A stretch of 58,258 nt of DNA, filler included, from Nemertoderma westbladi (GCA_032718475.1; 2 parts of 2 records of this genome joined end to end with filler, not necessarily neighbours in it); one strand, 5' to 3'. Positions 25,520-37,901 are shown, numbered from the whole stretch's first letter. Translations and numbers: made by a program. The notes: a model not told the origin generated them from the letters alone.

Positions 25520-25705
25520 ATTATAACATTGAAGGGAAATTTAAATCCCTCAGGTATAATATGTGTTTCGTCCAGTTCAGTTCACATTTGTATTCTATTT
25601 GGCCCGATGAAGGACTATTATATAGTCAGAAAGGTAGCATTGTATCCCTTAATATTTTTGTGTGCGGGTGCTGGCTGACTGCTGGCTGACCTCCATTCCC
25701 TGTAA
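25520..25705 (+). mobile_element. Penelope-like element terminal remnant
   Basis: A short frame LKGNLNPSGI resembles the GIY-YIG C-terminal L.P.G(L/I)N end; a hammerhead-like motif follows. Confidence 0.45.
25600..25640 (+). ncRNA. Degenerate minimal type-I hammerhead ribozyme motif
   Basis: CCGATGA core, stem II GACTAT-TAT-ATAGTC, then GAAA and GGTAGCA. Confidence 0.5.
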
Positions 25706-26888
25706 TAAGATAACACATAGTGTTCATCTTGATCTATGACAATAATTGGTGATACGTGGATGATGGCGAATTGTGGAGGCGTTGTGTTGCGGGGAAGGAA
25801 TAATATCTTAGGGACGTGGACAATGTGTGTAATTACTATTTATACATACTTGTGTTGCAAGTAGCACTCTACAGTGTGATGATCCGAGTGCTTTGTTACA
25901 CGAACGAACGTAGTGAGTGAGTGGAAATAAAGCCATGAGGATCAGAACACGATGAAGTACTTTACAAAAAGTATGTATGTAGTTTTATTCCAAAATTATA
26001 ACATTACGAAATGATTGTATATATATTATAAGTGATAGAAACTGCACAAATTAAATTAGTTGTTGTATAAATAAATTTAAAAATGACATAAATTAAGTTA
26101 TAAAAAAGTTAGCTTATATTTATGGTGGCGTTTGGAGCCATGTCAATAGTATAAGCTATACCCCGCCTACCGGTAGGTAATGCAGTAGAGGCCTATCTGG
26201 CTTTCAGGCATTTAATAATAAATACCAGCTATTGTTTATGTGGTAACCATGACGGCGTGATGTAAAGTCACGGCAATGGGACATTACAAATTAATAATAC
26301 ACCAATACAATACTAATTGTACAGGCCAATAAAATGTTGTAATGTCCTCTAAAGTTGTAAAGTGCTAAATAACAACTCGCTGTTAATACTAACGGCGTTG
26401 ATTAATGTTACAATTTTGAAATAAATGTATATATATGGGTAGTACGTTGGCTCTTAGTTGATAGTATTGAAAAAAGGTGATGTGCCTCCTACAATAGCTA
26501 CTGTATGAAGGGGGTCTAGGTGTTTCCATAACATTAATTTAACATGCTGTATTCCGATTAATACTATTAATTAATAACGATAAAATAACCCGCAAAAAAA
26601 GTAATCTTTTTAACATTTAGCTCTATATAATTATTCCGCCACCTTAAATATTGTGTTATTAGTATTGTTTTGATGCTGAATATATTCCAGTTCTAGACAG
26701 TTGCACTTTGGAGCCTCCGGTGTCGTGTCTTGTGATTCACATGATAACTTTACTTTTATGTTTCTTCTTTACTCTTAGAACTAAAACAATGCGGTGTTCC
26801 CAAGCAGTTTCAACTTGATTGACATGACCCGAGCTGTGACGACAGAAGTGTATTCAGTGGTGACCAAAACGTAGTAAGCACAAGCCTG

Positions 26889-27036
26889 CCAAATTATGTG
26901 CTGCGAGAACGGTCCGTGTCCTACTATCACCAAGTGGAGACACAACATAACCATCATACCTGCATAGGATGTGGTGGTTATGTCATGTTCCCACTTGATT
27001 GTGAGACAAGGACCGCTGTCGCAGCATTTAATTTGA
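26889..27036. repeat. ~148-bp imperfect palindrome
   Basis: CAAATTATGTGCTGCGAGAACGGTCC pairs with GGACCGCTGTCGCAGCATTTAATTTG; pairing continues to a centre near 26964. Confidence 0.7.
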
Positions 27037-27129
27037 CAAGTCATGAGTGTGATTGTTGTGTGAGTGTGAGTGTGAGTGCTGAAACTAATCATAATAGGCG
27101 AGAAAACATACTGGTGTCATCTGATACCT

Positions 27130-27335
27130 GGATCAGCAGCAAATGTCTCCACATATAAACGTAACCCCATTCCTCCAGCGAGCCACGGTAAAGGCGAGTT
27201 TCACCCAAGTACTGTAGCATTCCTTTATCTCAAACGGTATGTTGTTGTTGCCTTTATCGAAATATGAGATCTGACTCGCTCGTAGTTGCACATCCTTTTC
27301 TTTCATAAACTTAAGTTGTATTCTTTCAATATCTC
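27130..27335 (-). pseudogene. Possible decayed LINE ORF2 C-terminal fragment
   Basis: Reads DIERIQLKFMK...LAFTVARWRNG, loosely like post-RT regions. Confidence 0.3.
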
Positions 27336-27424
27336 ATTATATGAGAATCTGGTTAGTCTCCTTACTTCTGAATTTCTATAATGTTTCGTTGTTGTCTACC
27401 GAGTTCGAATAAAACATACAGAAA

Positions 27425-28484
27425 TTAAGAGGGGAGGGGGGGGGGGGGGGTTAGCGCTATAATGACACAGTCAATGAAAACCAATGCTAACAGGGCAAGG
27501 TTTTGTCAAATTGAACAATTTTTGGTATATGGGTCAAACGATAACTGAAGGTTGTTTAAAAAAAATTTGTTTTTGTAATATACTTATAATAATTTAGTAC
27601 TAATAAGTAGCATTAAATTATTACTATTACTAAAAACACTACTCTTCGTAAAAACATTAGTTATATAACAAGTTATTTCGTATTTATAATTAGGATATAT
27701 GGTTGAATAAAAGTATTGGTCAAAATTTTTTGATATTGATTATTTCCAATTTTATTGTCATTTTAATTAATTATTTTCCTATTTTTTCAGAAAAATTACA
27801 ATTTTTCACATTTCGAAGCCAATAAAATTAGTTAGGATCAAAATTTTTAAATTCTGACCAATAAAACTTTTGAAAATACCAGGCATGTGGTTACTCTGTC
27901 CAAATTTCATTAAAAATATTAAAATTGGCAGAGGAGTAGCTTTTTAAATTTCGTTGAAATGAAAAAATACCATCCGAGATAATTGCCTTCAAAATTTGAA
28001 CCTTCCCGCGCAAAATTTGTCTGCTAATATGTGAGAATGTCTGTCAATATATATCTCTCAACAAGAAAGCATAAAACCATGCTAAGATTATTGCTATGGG
28101 GGTTTTCCTGGTCGCTGATTTCATTTCTGAGGTCAGTTTTCAATTTTAATGAAATCTAGTTTGTCTGTATGTCTGTCTGTCTTGTCTTTCTGACTATCCG
28201 ACTATCTGTGTGTCAAATATAAGAAAAAGGCACACCATTGAGCTAAACTTTTAGCTATAGGGGTGTTGCTGGACGCAGAATTCATTTTGAGTGTCAATTT
28301 TAACATTTGATGACTTCCAAATTGTCCGTTTGGCTGTCAGACTGTCGGTTATATTTTGACAGACAGACTGACAGGCATACAATCAGAACCGACAAGGCCA
28401 AATTTGATTAATGACATCAGAAATTAAGTCACCGAGCACGATAACCCATACAGGGAATTTTCTAGACAGATAGTATGCTTGTTA
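27425..28484. mobile_element. Related copy of the 3734-4830 element, cut by the contig end
   Basis: Starts with TTAA + G-run; ~27930-28484 aligns with ~4150-4650. Confidence 0.7.
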
Positions 28485-28584
28485 NNNNNNNNNNNNNNNN
28501 NNNNNNNNNNNNNNNNNNNNNNNNNNNNTTAATTAATTAANNNNNNNNNNNNNNNNNNNNNNNNNNNNNNNNNNNNNNNNNNNN
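28485..28584. other. Artificial contig joiner (N44-TTAATTAATTAA-N44)
   Basis: Symmetric 100-bp spacer containing a six-frame stop linker. Confidence 0.97.
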
Positions 28585-29863
28585 CTGTTCGTTCTGCTTC
28601 CGCCACTGCTGCCGCTTTTGCCGCTGCCGCTGCCGCTTTTGCCTCTGCCGCTGCCGCTTTTCTTTCTGCCTCTGCCACTGCTGCTATCTTTCTGTCTTCT
28701 ATACGCTTTTTCCTTACTTGTTCTTCCCTTTCTCTAGCGATGCGGAGTTGTTCATCGAATTTAGCTTGGTTCGCCGCTAACCTATCCACATCAATCGCAT
28801 CTAACACAAGTTTGGCTCCTTCGCTATTAGGGCTAAGTCCCTCTAGCCTTCTCCTCAACTCTTCATCTCCCACAAAACGCTGATAGTCTGACAGATAGAT
28901 ATCAATGGCATCCTTCTTATGCGGTTTCTCTGCCGTCGCTTCACTTTCCACTTGGGAAAAAGTAGCGTCTGTTGATTCTCCATGGGTTGAGCGCTCCTCC
29001 AACTGAGCCTTCCACTGAGCTGCTCCTTGAACCTGGCGACTCACCCGTTGAAACCAAGTCTTTACGGCAACTTGCAACGACGTGTCTTGTTTTCTTTTAG
29101 AAGCCTCCTCAAAGGCGGATAAGATTAGCCTAATCCGCAGAACTCTTTCTCTAACTTGATAAAGCAGCGATCCCTGCTCTTGAGGTCCTTGAGGTTGTTG
29201 AAAAAGTTGCTTTTCTATTCGCTCCATAGAGCTGAAGAATCCCTGTGCGTATCCGGCTGCGGACCTCTTCCACACAGCTGGATCGATGGTTTCCTTGGCT
29301 ACTCCCATCCTGTGTATGTCTTCCCAGGCAGCTTCTGATAAATCAAACGGGAGTCCGGGTCCGGGGAAGTTCCATTGCGACTCGACAATAGACTTCAGTT
29401 CTTCACTAGTGTAGCCCGCGTAGCTATCTCTAGTTGACCGTTGACTTCTCGCCCAATCGATCTGGTGTTCTTCCACCGCGATCAATAACCCAGCGAGCAC
29501 GGCTGCAGGAAGGATGAGAAGGGGATCCGTATAAACCGCATCCGTCATCTCTGTTCCGCTCTCGGGTGTCAGCTCTACAGTATCCTCACTACTGGAGCTG
29601 CTGGGCCGCTGAGGAATAAGTTCTTGACTAGCGGGTTGTTGCTGTTCCGCCGCTTGTTGGTCCCGCTTGACCTGAGCTCGGGTGCCTATGATAGACCTAC
29701 GATGTTGGACCAGCCTAGGTTCTGTTATTACTACTGGAGGGATGACCTTCCTCACAGTGGGAGGTGAACTGGATTTACGACCAGACGTTTGTACGTCTCT
29801 ATCTGAGTCGCAGATAGTTACATCTAATAAACTGTCTGACAGGTTCTGCTTAGTATCAGACAT
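28585..29863 (-). CDS. Orphan ORF (>426 aa, 3'-truncated), probably retroelement-encoded
   Basis: Uninterrupted GC-richer ORF: disordered N-terminus, helical core, coiled coil and an Ala/Glu/Lys repeat running into the gap. No family recognised. Confidence 0.65.
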
Positions 29864-29994
29864 GACTATGTATACCGTTGAATGTCTACTGCTGTATTAC
29901 AGTCTGAGTAAGTCTAGTAACTCAGTATTACCTGCTAGCCTAGTAATTAATTACCGGTACTGCTACTCAGTGTAGCGTGATATATATATAATAT

Positions 29995-30250
29995 ATTAGA
30001 ATACCGGTATACTTATAGTATATATAACTATATAAGTATTATTACAGACTAGGTTTATCACAGAATACCGGTATAATTTTAGCACAAATATATATAAATA
30101 TATAATAGGCCTATCGGAATACCGGTATACAGATTACAGTTTGTAGGATATATAATTCTGAAATAGAATTAATTACAAGTACCGGTATAATTTCAGCCTA
30201 GATTTATAGAAATAAAGATAATAGGCCTATCGTAAATACCGGTATATCAA
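29995..30250. repeat. Degenerate ~60-bp tandem repeat
   Basis: TACCGGTAT recurs at ~30002, 30066, 30120, 30180 and 30237. Confidence 0.55.
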
Positions 30251-31253
30251 TTATTTCAAATAATTGAATTTCTGTTACTTTAGGGTTACTTTGTTACTTT
30301 ACTTACTTTATTACCGTTATTTGAGCAGTAATCCAACTGATATTGAGACCTGATGGTTGTATGGTAGGCCTACGATTTATAAATCGTTAGATTTGATTTA
30401 TAATATATATATACCCGTTTTAATGGGTTTTGTCAATGTTTGAAACAAATGTTATTATTTCTGGGGAGTAATCACTACACAAAGCGGTGCGCTTTCAGTG
30501 AAGTGTTACGTACAGGACACTAAAACAAATAATACTAATTTACCTAAGTTACTTAATACTACAAATTACGTACAATTCGGGTTGAGATTACAATCTCTAA
30601 ATAAACACAAAAATTTTACAAAAACACAAAATACGAATTTTTAGGGTAATTTTACAAGAAGTCTACAAACCAGCCTAACAAAGGGTTAGAAAACTGATTA
30701 TTACAGCGGACAGGGTACTACGGTATTTGAAATAATAAGTAGTAGTAAATACACTGCGTTGTCTAGATAGGAAAATACCACCGCCTGACGACCTATAGCC
30801 GTATCGCTGTAGGTTCTACGTTATGTATCACGGAGTGTTCCTACCTAGAAGTTAATAGAGCTAATCGAATGTGCCTATCAACCACTTTACAACACAAATA
30901 TAATGTCTACAATAATTACTTCTGGAAAGCACTGTACACTAAACCCTAAATTAGGTACGAGTACTTGTACAACAAATAATCAGTAGTTAAATATACTTGA
31001 ACAGCTAAAAGAACCACGGCATCTGCTGGAGTGACCGATGCACAAAATCACCAGTCTTTACCTACGCCAAGCAGCCCGTGTAGTACCGGGGTTAATTTAA
31101 CTATAGCGGTATGTATAACAAACACAATTACTGTAGGAACAAACTTGGGGACTTGAATGTTGCAAATAATCGCATAAACTCTGAATAATAAATATTACGC
31201 TACGCGTACAAACTACTCAAATAAAATACAGACCGAACACCGACAGACTACTA

Positions 31254-31757
31254 TCAAGCCTAAACAAACTACGGTATATGCAGACTCCGAAATGGTTAGG
31301 GAGTATGCGCTCTAACCCAGTAGTGCGACTTATTCTTTAATTGGGGTTTACCTTACAGCATTCGCTGCCCTTACTGCCTAACCGTACTTAATCGGACAGA
31401 TGATCTACACACGCGGCAATCCGTTCAGACCTAATAACAGCCAGACAACTATCCAGCCTACAAATTATCTAAATAAAATTATACGCTACCCGTACAGACT
31501 TACACAAACAAAGTACAGGCTAAACGATGGCAGACCACTCTCAAGCCTAAATAAACCACAGGACATGCAGACTCCGAAATGATTAGGGAGTATGCGCTCT
31601 AACCCAGTAGTGCGACTTATTCTTTAGTTGGGGGATTACCTTACAGCGTTGCTGCCCCTACTGCCTAATCGTACTTAATCGGACAAGTGCTCTACACACA
31701 CTGCAATTCGTTCGGACCTAACAGCAATCAGACAACAGCTCAGCCTACAAATTGTCT
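31254..31757. repeat. Tandem duplication, period 287 bp
   Basis: 31254-31470 aligns with 31541-31757. Confidence 0.9.
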
Positions 31758-31853
31758 GTCCAATCTGATCAGGTTTACACGCCTTCTGTTCAATACTGGC
31801 CTACAAACAAATAAAACTGACAGAAATAAGTAAGCTCCAAAAGAAACAAGGGG

Positions 31854-32931
31854 TGTACAGTCCCTAATCTCTTGAACAGCCTACCGGTATACAACAATCA
31901 AATCGAATAATACTAGTGTACTTATACGAAAGTAGGTACCGGTCCGGATGATCAGGCAGTCAGGCCTACTGGTTACCGGTCGACCGGTACTTTCGACTTT
32001 ATTGCTTACTGCAATAAAGAAGCTATATCCTTTAATGTTCGCGCTTTCAGACCTTTGGCAGTTTAACCCGCCAAATTAGAATGTCTTCTAGATAATAAAT
32101 CGCTTTTTAGTCTATGACAAGTATTTGATTCACTACACTAGTCGAAACCAATCCGTGCGCGACCATTCACCCGCTGGATATTCCCGGGAGATTGGGTTCG
32201 ACGGTTTAATTTTTATTGCTATGTAAGCCTAATGTATTATTCGACTGACAGTAATATATAATCTCTGACAATATTATTCACCTTCGGTAATATTAACAGT
32301 TCCTTTAGGACGTGGCGCTTTATCTATATAAACAGAGTTATGACTTAAACTACTCACAACGATATGGCTTAATTATAATTCACATATATGGCGCATTCTT
32401 TAGGAATTGCTTCTTTAACAGACTCACTCATACACAATGCTGCACAATACTGCACACTAATCTGCCAATCTTCACTGATTTTAGTCACATATAAAAGGAA
32501 CACAGACTGAATCATGTAGGGTCTATCAAATAACATTAGATTCACTTCAAACCACTTTAACATAAGTCACAATCGTTTATTTGTAACCCTTCTCTCTTAC
32601 CTTAGGTATATCAAGAATATTGGGTTGCGGGGTTATTTATCGTTATTCCAAATATAATTATTCATCAACCATATTATGAAGAACTGACAGCAAATAGCAG
32701 TATAAAACAACAAGTCAGTACCGGTATGTACTGCACATAGGCATGAGATATTCAAGTAGTCAGTTGTTTTGTATGTTAAAGGATATATGCCCTTTATAAT
32801 TAAACCTACCAGTGTACGACTAAAAAGCAGTACAGCACAAAAATACTTCCAAGCCGTTCTTTCTTTGGCTCAAGACTGAATGTAAACACTGCACATAGGC
32901 ATTGCGTCATTTCTCGGAAATTCTCTGTACA
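31854..32931 (+). mobile_element. Putative ~1.08-kb 3' LTR preceded by a polypurine tract
   Basis: AAAAGAAACAAGGGG directly precedes TGTACAG (31854); complementary end CTGTACA at 32925-32931. No partner LTR in the contig. Confidence 0.45.
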
Positions 32932-33249
32932 AGGAGCCACAAAAACGCTCTCATTGGCTGACTGAGCTGAGAGACGCCGTAGAACAAAGGAAATCAACAC
33001 GTATGAATGTCAGCTGTTAACCGTAGTCATAGTAACTACTGTTCAAGAGTAGCTATCACCCTTTTGCGTCACGAATTGCCATAGAATCATAAAATATGCC
33101 TTTCACAGTACACATACGGAGGAAATAGGTCTTAGATCCTCTAAAAACACAGATACAGCAATAATACGGTCTCTTACACTTATTAAATCAACTACAGAGT
33201 ATTTTAATGTAAAAGATAATAAAAATAACGGGGCAATTCAGCAAAGGCT

Positions 33250-33471
33250 TTTACACACCCTGTGGCCTTCGATACGTTTGGCCGGCCAGGCACCGAGACA
33301 TCTGTCTTCCTCGGGGAGTTAGGGAGCCGCCTACAAGTTATCACCCTCGAACCCCAATCCCATCAGTTTATGTTGCAGCGGTTGCTAATCGCCTTTATCA
33401 AAGGCAACGCGGCCTCAGTCATGGCTACCTCAGGCCCATCCGCAGGAGGACTCTATGACGTTGTTGTGTAG
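33250..33471 (+). pseudogene. CRE-clade (RLE-type) non-LTR retrotransposon, 3' fragment
   Basis: PVAFDTFG...FLGELGSRL...FMLQRLLIAFIKGNAASV, the typical CRE C-terminus. Confidence 0.75.
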
Positions 33472-33563
33472 AAACTCGGACCAACCAGGGTGCAGGGTAC
33501 AGTAGGTGGCAAGTCCATCAAAGAGCAAAATGCGTCTGCATCTTCTTTACCAATCCCTATACG

Positions 33564-33832
33564 GGTGTTTGAAAAAGGTGGACTGGACACAGAAAACATG
33601 GACCAATGGACAGACCAATCAGAAACGTATTATGTAAAGCAGTTTGTAGCAATTGGTCTGTCCACCTTTTTCAAGTTTTCGCTTTCTCAATTACATAATT
33701 GGGAATAAGATGTGTGTTTGAAAAAGGTGGACTGGACACTCAGGCACAAAAAACATAGATAATAGTCTGACCAATCAGAAACGTATTAAAGCAATGCTAT
33801 TTATTTCTGATTGGACTGTCCACCTTTTTCAG
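33564..33832. repeat. Two tandem ~115-bp palindromic MITE-like units
   Basis: TGAAAAAGGTGGAC...GTCCACCTTTTTCA at ~33570-33673 and ~33720-33831. Confidence 0.75.
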
Positions 33833-33928
33833 GTTTCAATTATCTATTTATAATGCTGATAATGGATAATATATAAATGGCACAACGTAGCTTGGATGTC
33901 AGTTTTGGTATATATTTGCATAGTTAGT

Positions 33929-36900
33929 AGTAGATAGATAGATAGATTTATTTATACATTATGTAAAAACAATAACAAATACACCAAACAATGTACCGGT
34001 ATAAAGGTATTGTCCAACATAACATATAGGATTACCCCTAAAGCTTTGCAGCTTCTTTCCAAGGGGGTCCTTTATGTTACTTGGTTACAAATACAATATT
34101 ACACTACGCTAACCTAAAACCAATATAAAACGTAATTACACTATGTACATGTACAACTTTACCGAGAACGTGACAATGTCCGACTCAACGATAAAGATGT
34201 AATGTAATGTACAGAACAATTTATTATAAAACGTAATTACAGTATAAATAGTAAATAATTAATAAACTAATAACTTACTGTAGGACTATTGTACATATTT
34301 TTACATTGCACACGGAGATGAGATTTAACTGCAGATTTAAAAGAATTTTGATTATTTAGGTTTTTAATTTCATTAGGAAGAGCGTTCCAATTTTTTATGC
34401 CGTTAAAAAAGAAAGTATCAGATTCAAAGGATTTACAATTCGGGAGGTAGAAGTTTGAAGCACTAGCTCTGGTACTGTAAGAGTGTGTATCGCGTACTCT
34501 GTTGAATTTTTGTTTTAGGTAATTAGGACATTTACCATTATACACTTTATGCACATGGTTAAGGCGTAGCTGCTTAACTCTACTATCTAAGTTAAGTAGT
34601 CCAGATTCAGAAAAGTCATCTGGAGTTAGGTGGTGCCTAGGTTTGTAGTCTTTAATAAATCGTACTATTTTATTCTGAGCTACTTGTAATTTACATTTAA
34701 GCTGTTTGGTTAAGCCTTCATACCAAGAAGAGCAAGCATAGTCCATGTGACACTGTATTAAAGAGGAGCAAAGTAACTTGCGGGAGTCGGTGTTCAAACT
34801 ATTTTTATTTCTGTATAGAAACCTAAGCCTACTGTTTACTTTCGAGAAAATATTTTTCACTGTACTTTCTCCTGATAAGCAGTTATCCAATGTGGCGCCT
34901 AAATATTTAACTTCCTTTTTATTTTCAATCTTATGTCCATTACTAGTGACTTCAAACTTAGTTACCTTCTTTAACTTTCTTTTGGAACCAAACAAAATAC
35001 TTTCAGTTTTACCGTAGTGAATGGATAGCTTATTATCAACCAACCACTAATTACAGGATTCTAGAACTGCACTTAACTTTTGGGAAATATGGATAGGATC
35101 TTTATGAGAGAAAATAAGAGCACTGTCGTCGGCATATAAAATGAGTTTAAAATCGGGATCTATACTACTTATCATATCATTTACATAGCATACAAAAAGC
35201 AGAGGACCTAATATACTACCTTGCGGTACACCACAGGTAATCTCTTGTACAGTAGACAGCGATTTGCTAATGACTACAGTTTGACCTCTGTCTGACAGGT
35301 AGGACTTGAACCAGTCTATAGAACCTACACCCATCAGGCCTAACTTACCAAGCAGAATTTCATGATCTACAGTATCGAAAGCCTTTTGTAGGTCCAACAT
35401 TACCATACCAGTATATAAACCCTTTGCGTTATTACATCTAATTGTATCAGTTAAGTTAATAAGGCAGGTGTCTGTAGAATATGATTTACGAAAACCGGAC
35501 TGAAGTTCATAGATCAGATTTAGCCTACTAAGATGTGCTTCCAGCTGTAGAAAAACAGAACGTTCTAGAATTTTAGATACAATACTTAAGATACTAACAG
35601 GTCTGTAATTACAGGGTTCTACTTTACTATTCTTTTTATACAGAGGAACAACCTTAGCTAATTTCAGTTCGTCTGGTACTACATTATCTACGATAGAGTA
35701 ATTAATAATAAAAGTAATAGGCACTTTAAGTACTTCAGCACCATCCTTAAGAAAACGGGCAGGTATTAGATCTAGACCGGTACTTTTTGAGGCTGATAGG
35801 CTAAGTAGATTTTTAAAAACGAAATCCTCAGAAACGGGTTTTAAAAATAACTTTTCTGAATTTTGTAACTTTTCTAAATAAAAATTATTTAGAGTTTCGG
35901 ACCCTATACTATATTTATTACTTGATAACGGCAATTTCTTAACTAAATTAGAGGCAACATTAGTAAAATAATTATTAAATAAATTACTAACTAGAGTATG
36001 ATCATGAATCAGCTCACCGTTATCTTGCAGAACAATATTCGATTTAGATTTAAGGTTTTTATAACCTAAAGATTTTAGGGTAGACCATAGACTTTTAGGA
36101 TTATCTTTATTCTCACTTATTTTGTTGTACAAATATTCAGATTTAGCTTTTTTTATTTCCCGTTGGACAAGGTTTCTATATTTGCAGTAATTATTATAAT
36201 CAGCTAAAACACGGTATTTCCTAAATTTATACAAATAGTTATCTCTTTCTCTGATATTACTAAGAATACCCGAGGTCATCCAGGGCTCAGTGCGTTGTTT
36301 AAGACTAATTTCTTTAATTGGTGCTACAGTATTAAGTGCCTTTAAAAATATATCTTTAAAAACAGTGTACGCCAGGTTAATGTCAGCGGCCTTAAAACAG
36401 GGTTCCCAGTCTGAATTAACTAACAAACTTAAAAAGCGTTCCTTGCTGTAATTTTTCATAGACCTAACAGTTACTGTTTTATGATCCCCGAAAAAAGATT
36501 TTTGTGTCTTTCTTGTGCAAAAAACTATAAAATGATCGCTTAGACCTATAGGTAAAACCCCAGATTGAGAAATAATATCGGTATTATTACAAAGGATGTG
36601 ATCTAGTAAAGTAGAAGTTTTACTGGTAATTCTGGTAGAATCTCGAATAATTTGTTTTAAACCAAACAAATTTAAAATACTTTGGTACTGTTTACAGATG
36701 GGGGATGCTTTGTGATGGTAACAGATATTAAAATCACCTAAGAAATATATTTCACAGTCTGACCTAAGATTACATAAAATTGTATTTTCAAAATTTTGCA
36801 AAAAATCTGATTGTTTAGGGGGCCGATATAAAGTACCGATTAAAATAGGTTTAGTTTTAGGAAGTAAAAGTTCCACCAGTAAAACTTCGTCACAAGTCTC

Positions 36901-37900
36901 TAAATCTTCCCTACGATTAAAAGCTAAATCACATCGAATGTAAGTACAGACACCACCACCGTGTCTGTCCCTATCCTTACGTAAAACTACGTAATTATCA
37001 ATATAAATTTCTCCATCAGAAACACTATCATCGAGCCAAGTTTCAGAGATTGTTAAAACTGCTGGGTTGGATTTATTGATTAAAATACGAATTTCGGAAA
37101 GTTTTGGAAGCAGAGATCGTGCGTTTAAGTGCAAAAAATGCAGACCTTTTTTCTTAAAAAAATTAAAAGTTTCACTCTCAGCATCACTTGGAGTTTGCAG
37201 AGGCGATGTGAGAAATGAATCGTCGGTTTCTGATTCTAAAATTGTATCATGAAAGGGAAGTTCGGTAAAAATACAGCTATTGCAGAGAAAACTTGGTTCA
37301 AGATTGTTTCCGGTGGAGAATAAATTACTGCTTTTCCTACGGTAACATTTTAAATGTACAAATGTGTCACAACTCTCGCATTGGACGATCTTACTCCGAG
37401 AGTTTGTTCCTCGTTGACAGACGGAACAGTTGATCTTCGGGGCCCGCGTCCTGCTGGGTCCTGGGTTGGTCTCAATATCCCCAGCCAGAGACAGTAGACA
37501 GAGTTTAGCGATTAGGCCTCTAGATCGTGGAAAGGAGACCCAAGATCTTCTTCCCCGACGAGAGCAGTAGAGGCTAAATCCACTCGTCGACCACATCTCC
37601 GTCGATTCGGCGCGGCAGTTCGAAACGGTAGCGACAGGGTGTTCCGCAAACCAGTCCAATACGGGTATTGGGTGGGTTGCAGGGTTACCCCGCGGATCGG
37701 ATGGTTCTGCCACAACGAAACGACCCAGAACGATGAAAACTGTGGAGATTAAGAGCGGGGACATTGTGCTGTCTGGCTGTAGTCTGACTCAGGGATAAAA
37801 ACTGTATAGGCCTAGTACCGGTATCTTTCTTGGTCTTATTGTCGGCAGGCCTACAGCTACAAGTTTTCTCATTATTGGCTACAAGTTTTCTCATTATTGA
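33929..37900 (-). mobile_element. CR1/L2-group LINE, single-ORF type with 2A peptide
   Basis: AATAAA + (TCTA)n tail at ~33929-33952; 5' end has a 21-bp duplication at ~37857-37899. Confidence 0.9.
34267..37764 (-). pseudogene. Leader-2A-PHD-APE-RT ORF with one in-frame TAG (35047-35049)
   Basis: GDIETNPGP (37456-37482), PHD (CSVC..CESC..H..C..CNSC), [30 protein letters not shown]. The same frame continues after the stop. Confidence 0.93.
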
Positions 37901-37901
37901 T

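Noticed and set aside
25691-25699. 9-nt micro-exon on the minus strand (TTACAG|GGAATGGAG|GTCAGC) for CFAP99
   Set aside because: Weak donor, lies at the edge of a repeat remnant, and has no homology support.
28529-28584. C-terminus (X...LIN*) of the 444-aa ORF
   Set aside because: Derived from Ns and the synthetic linker.
32141-32202. Hairpin with internal TGGTCGCGCACGG (minus strand) as a primer-binding site or ribozyme
   Set aside because: Not adjacent to a supportable LTR end, no tRNA match I can name, and no ribozyme core.
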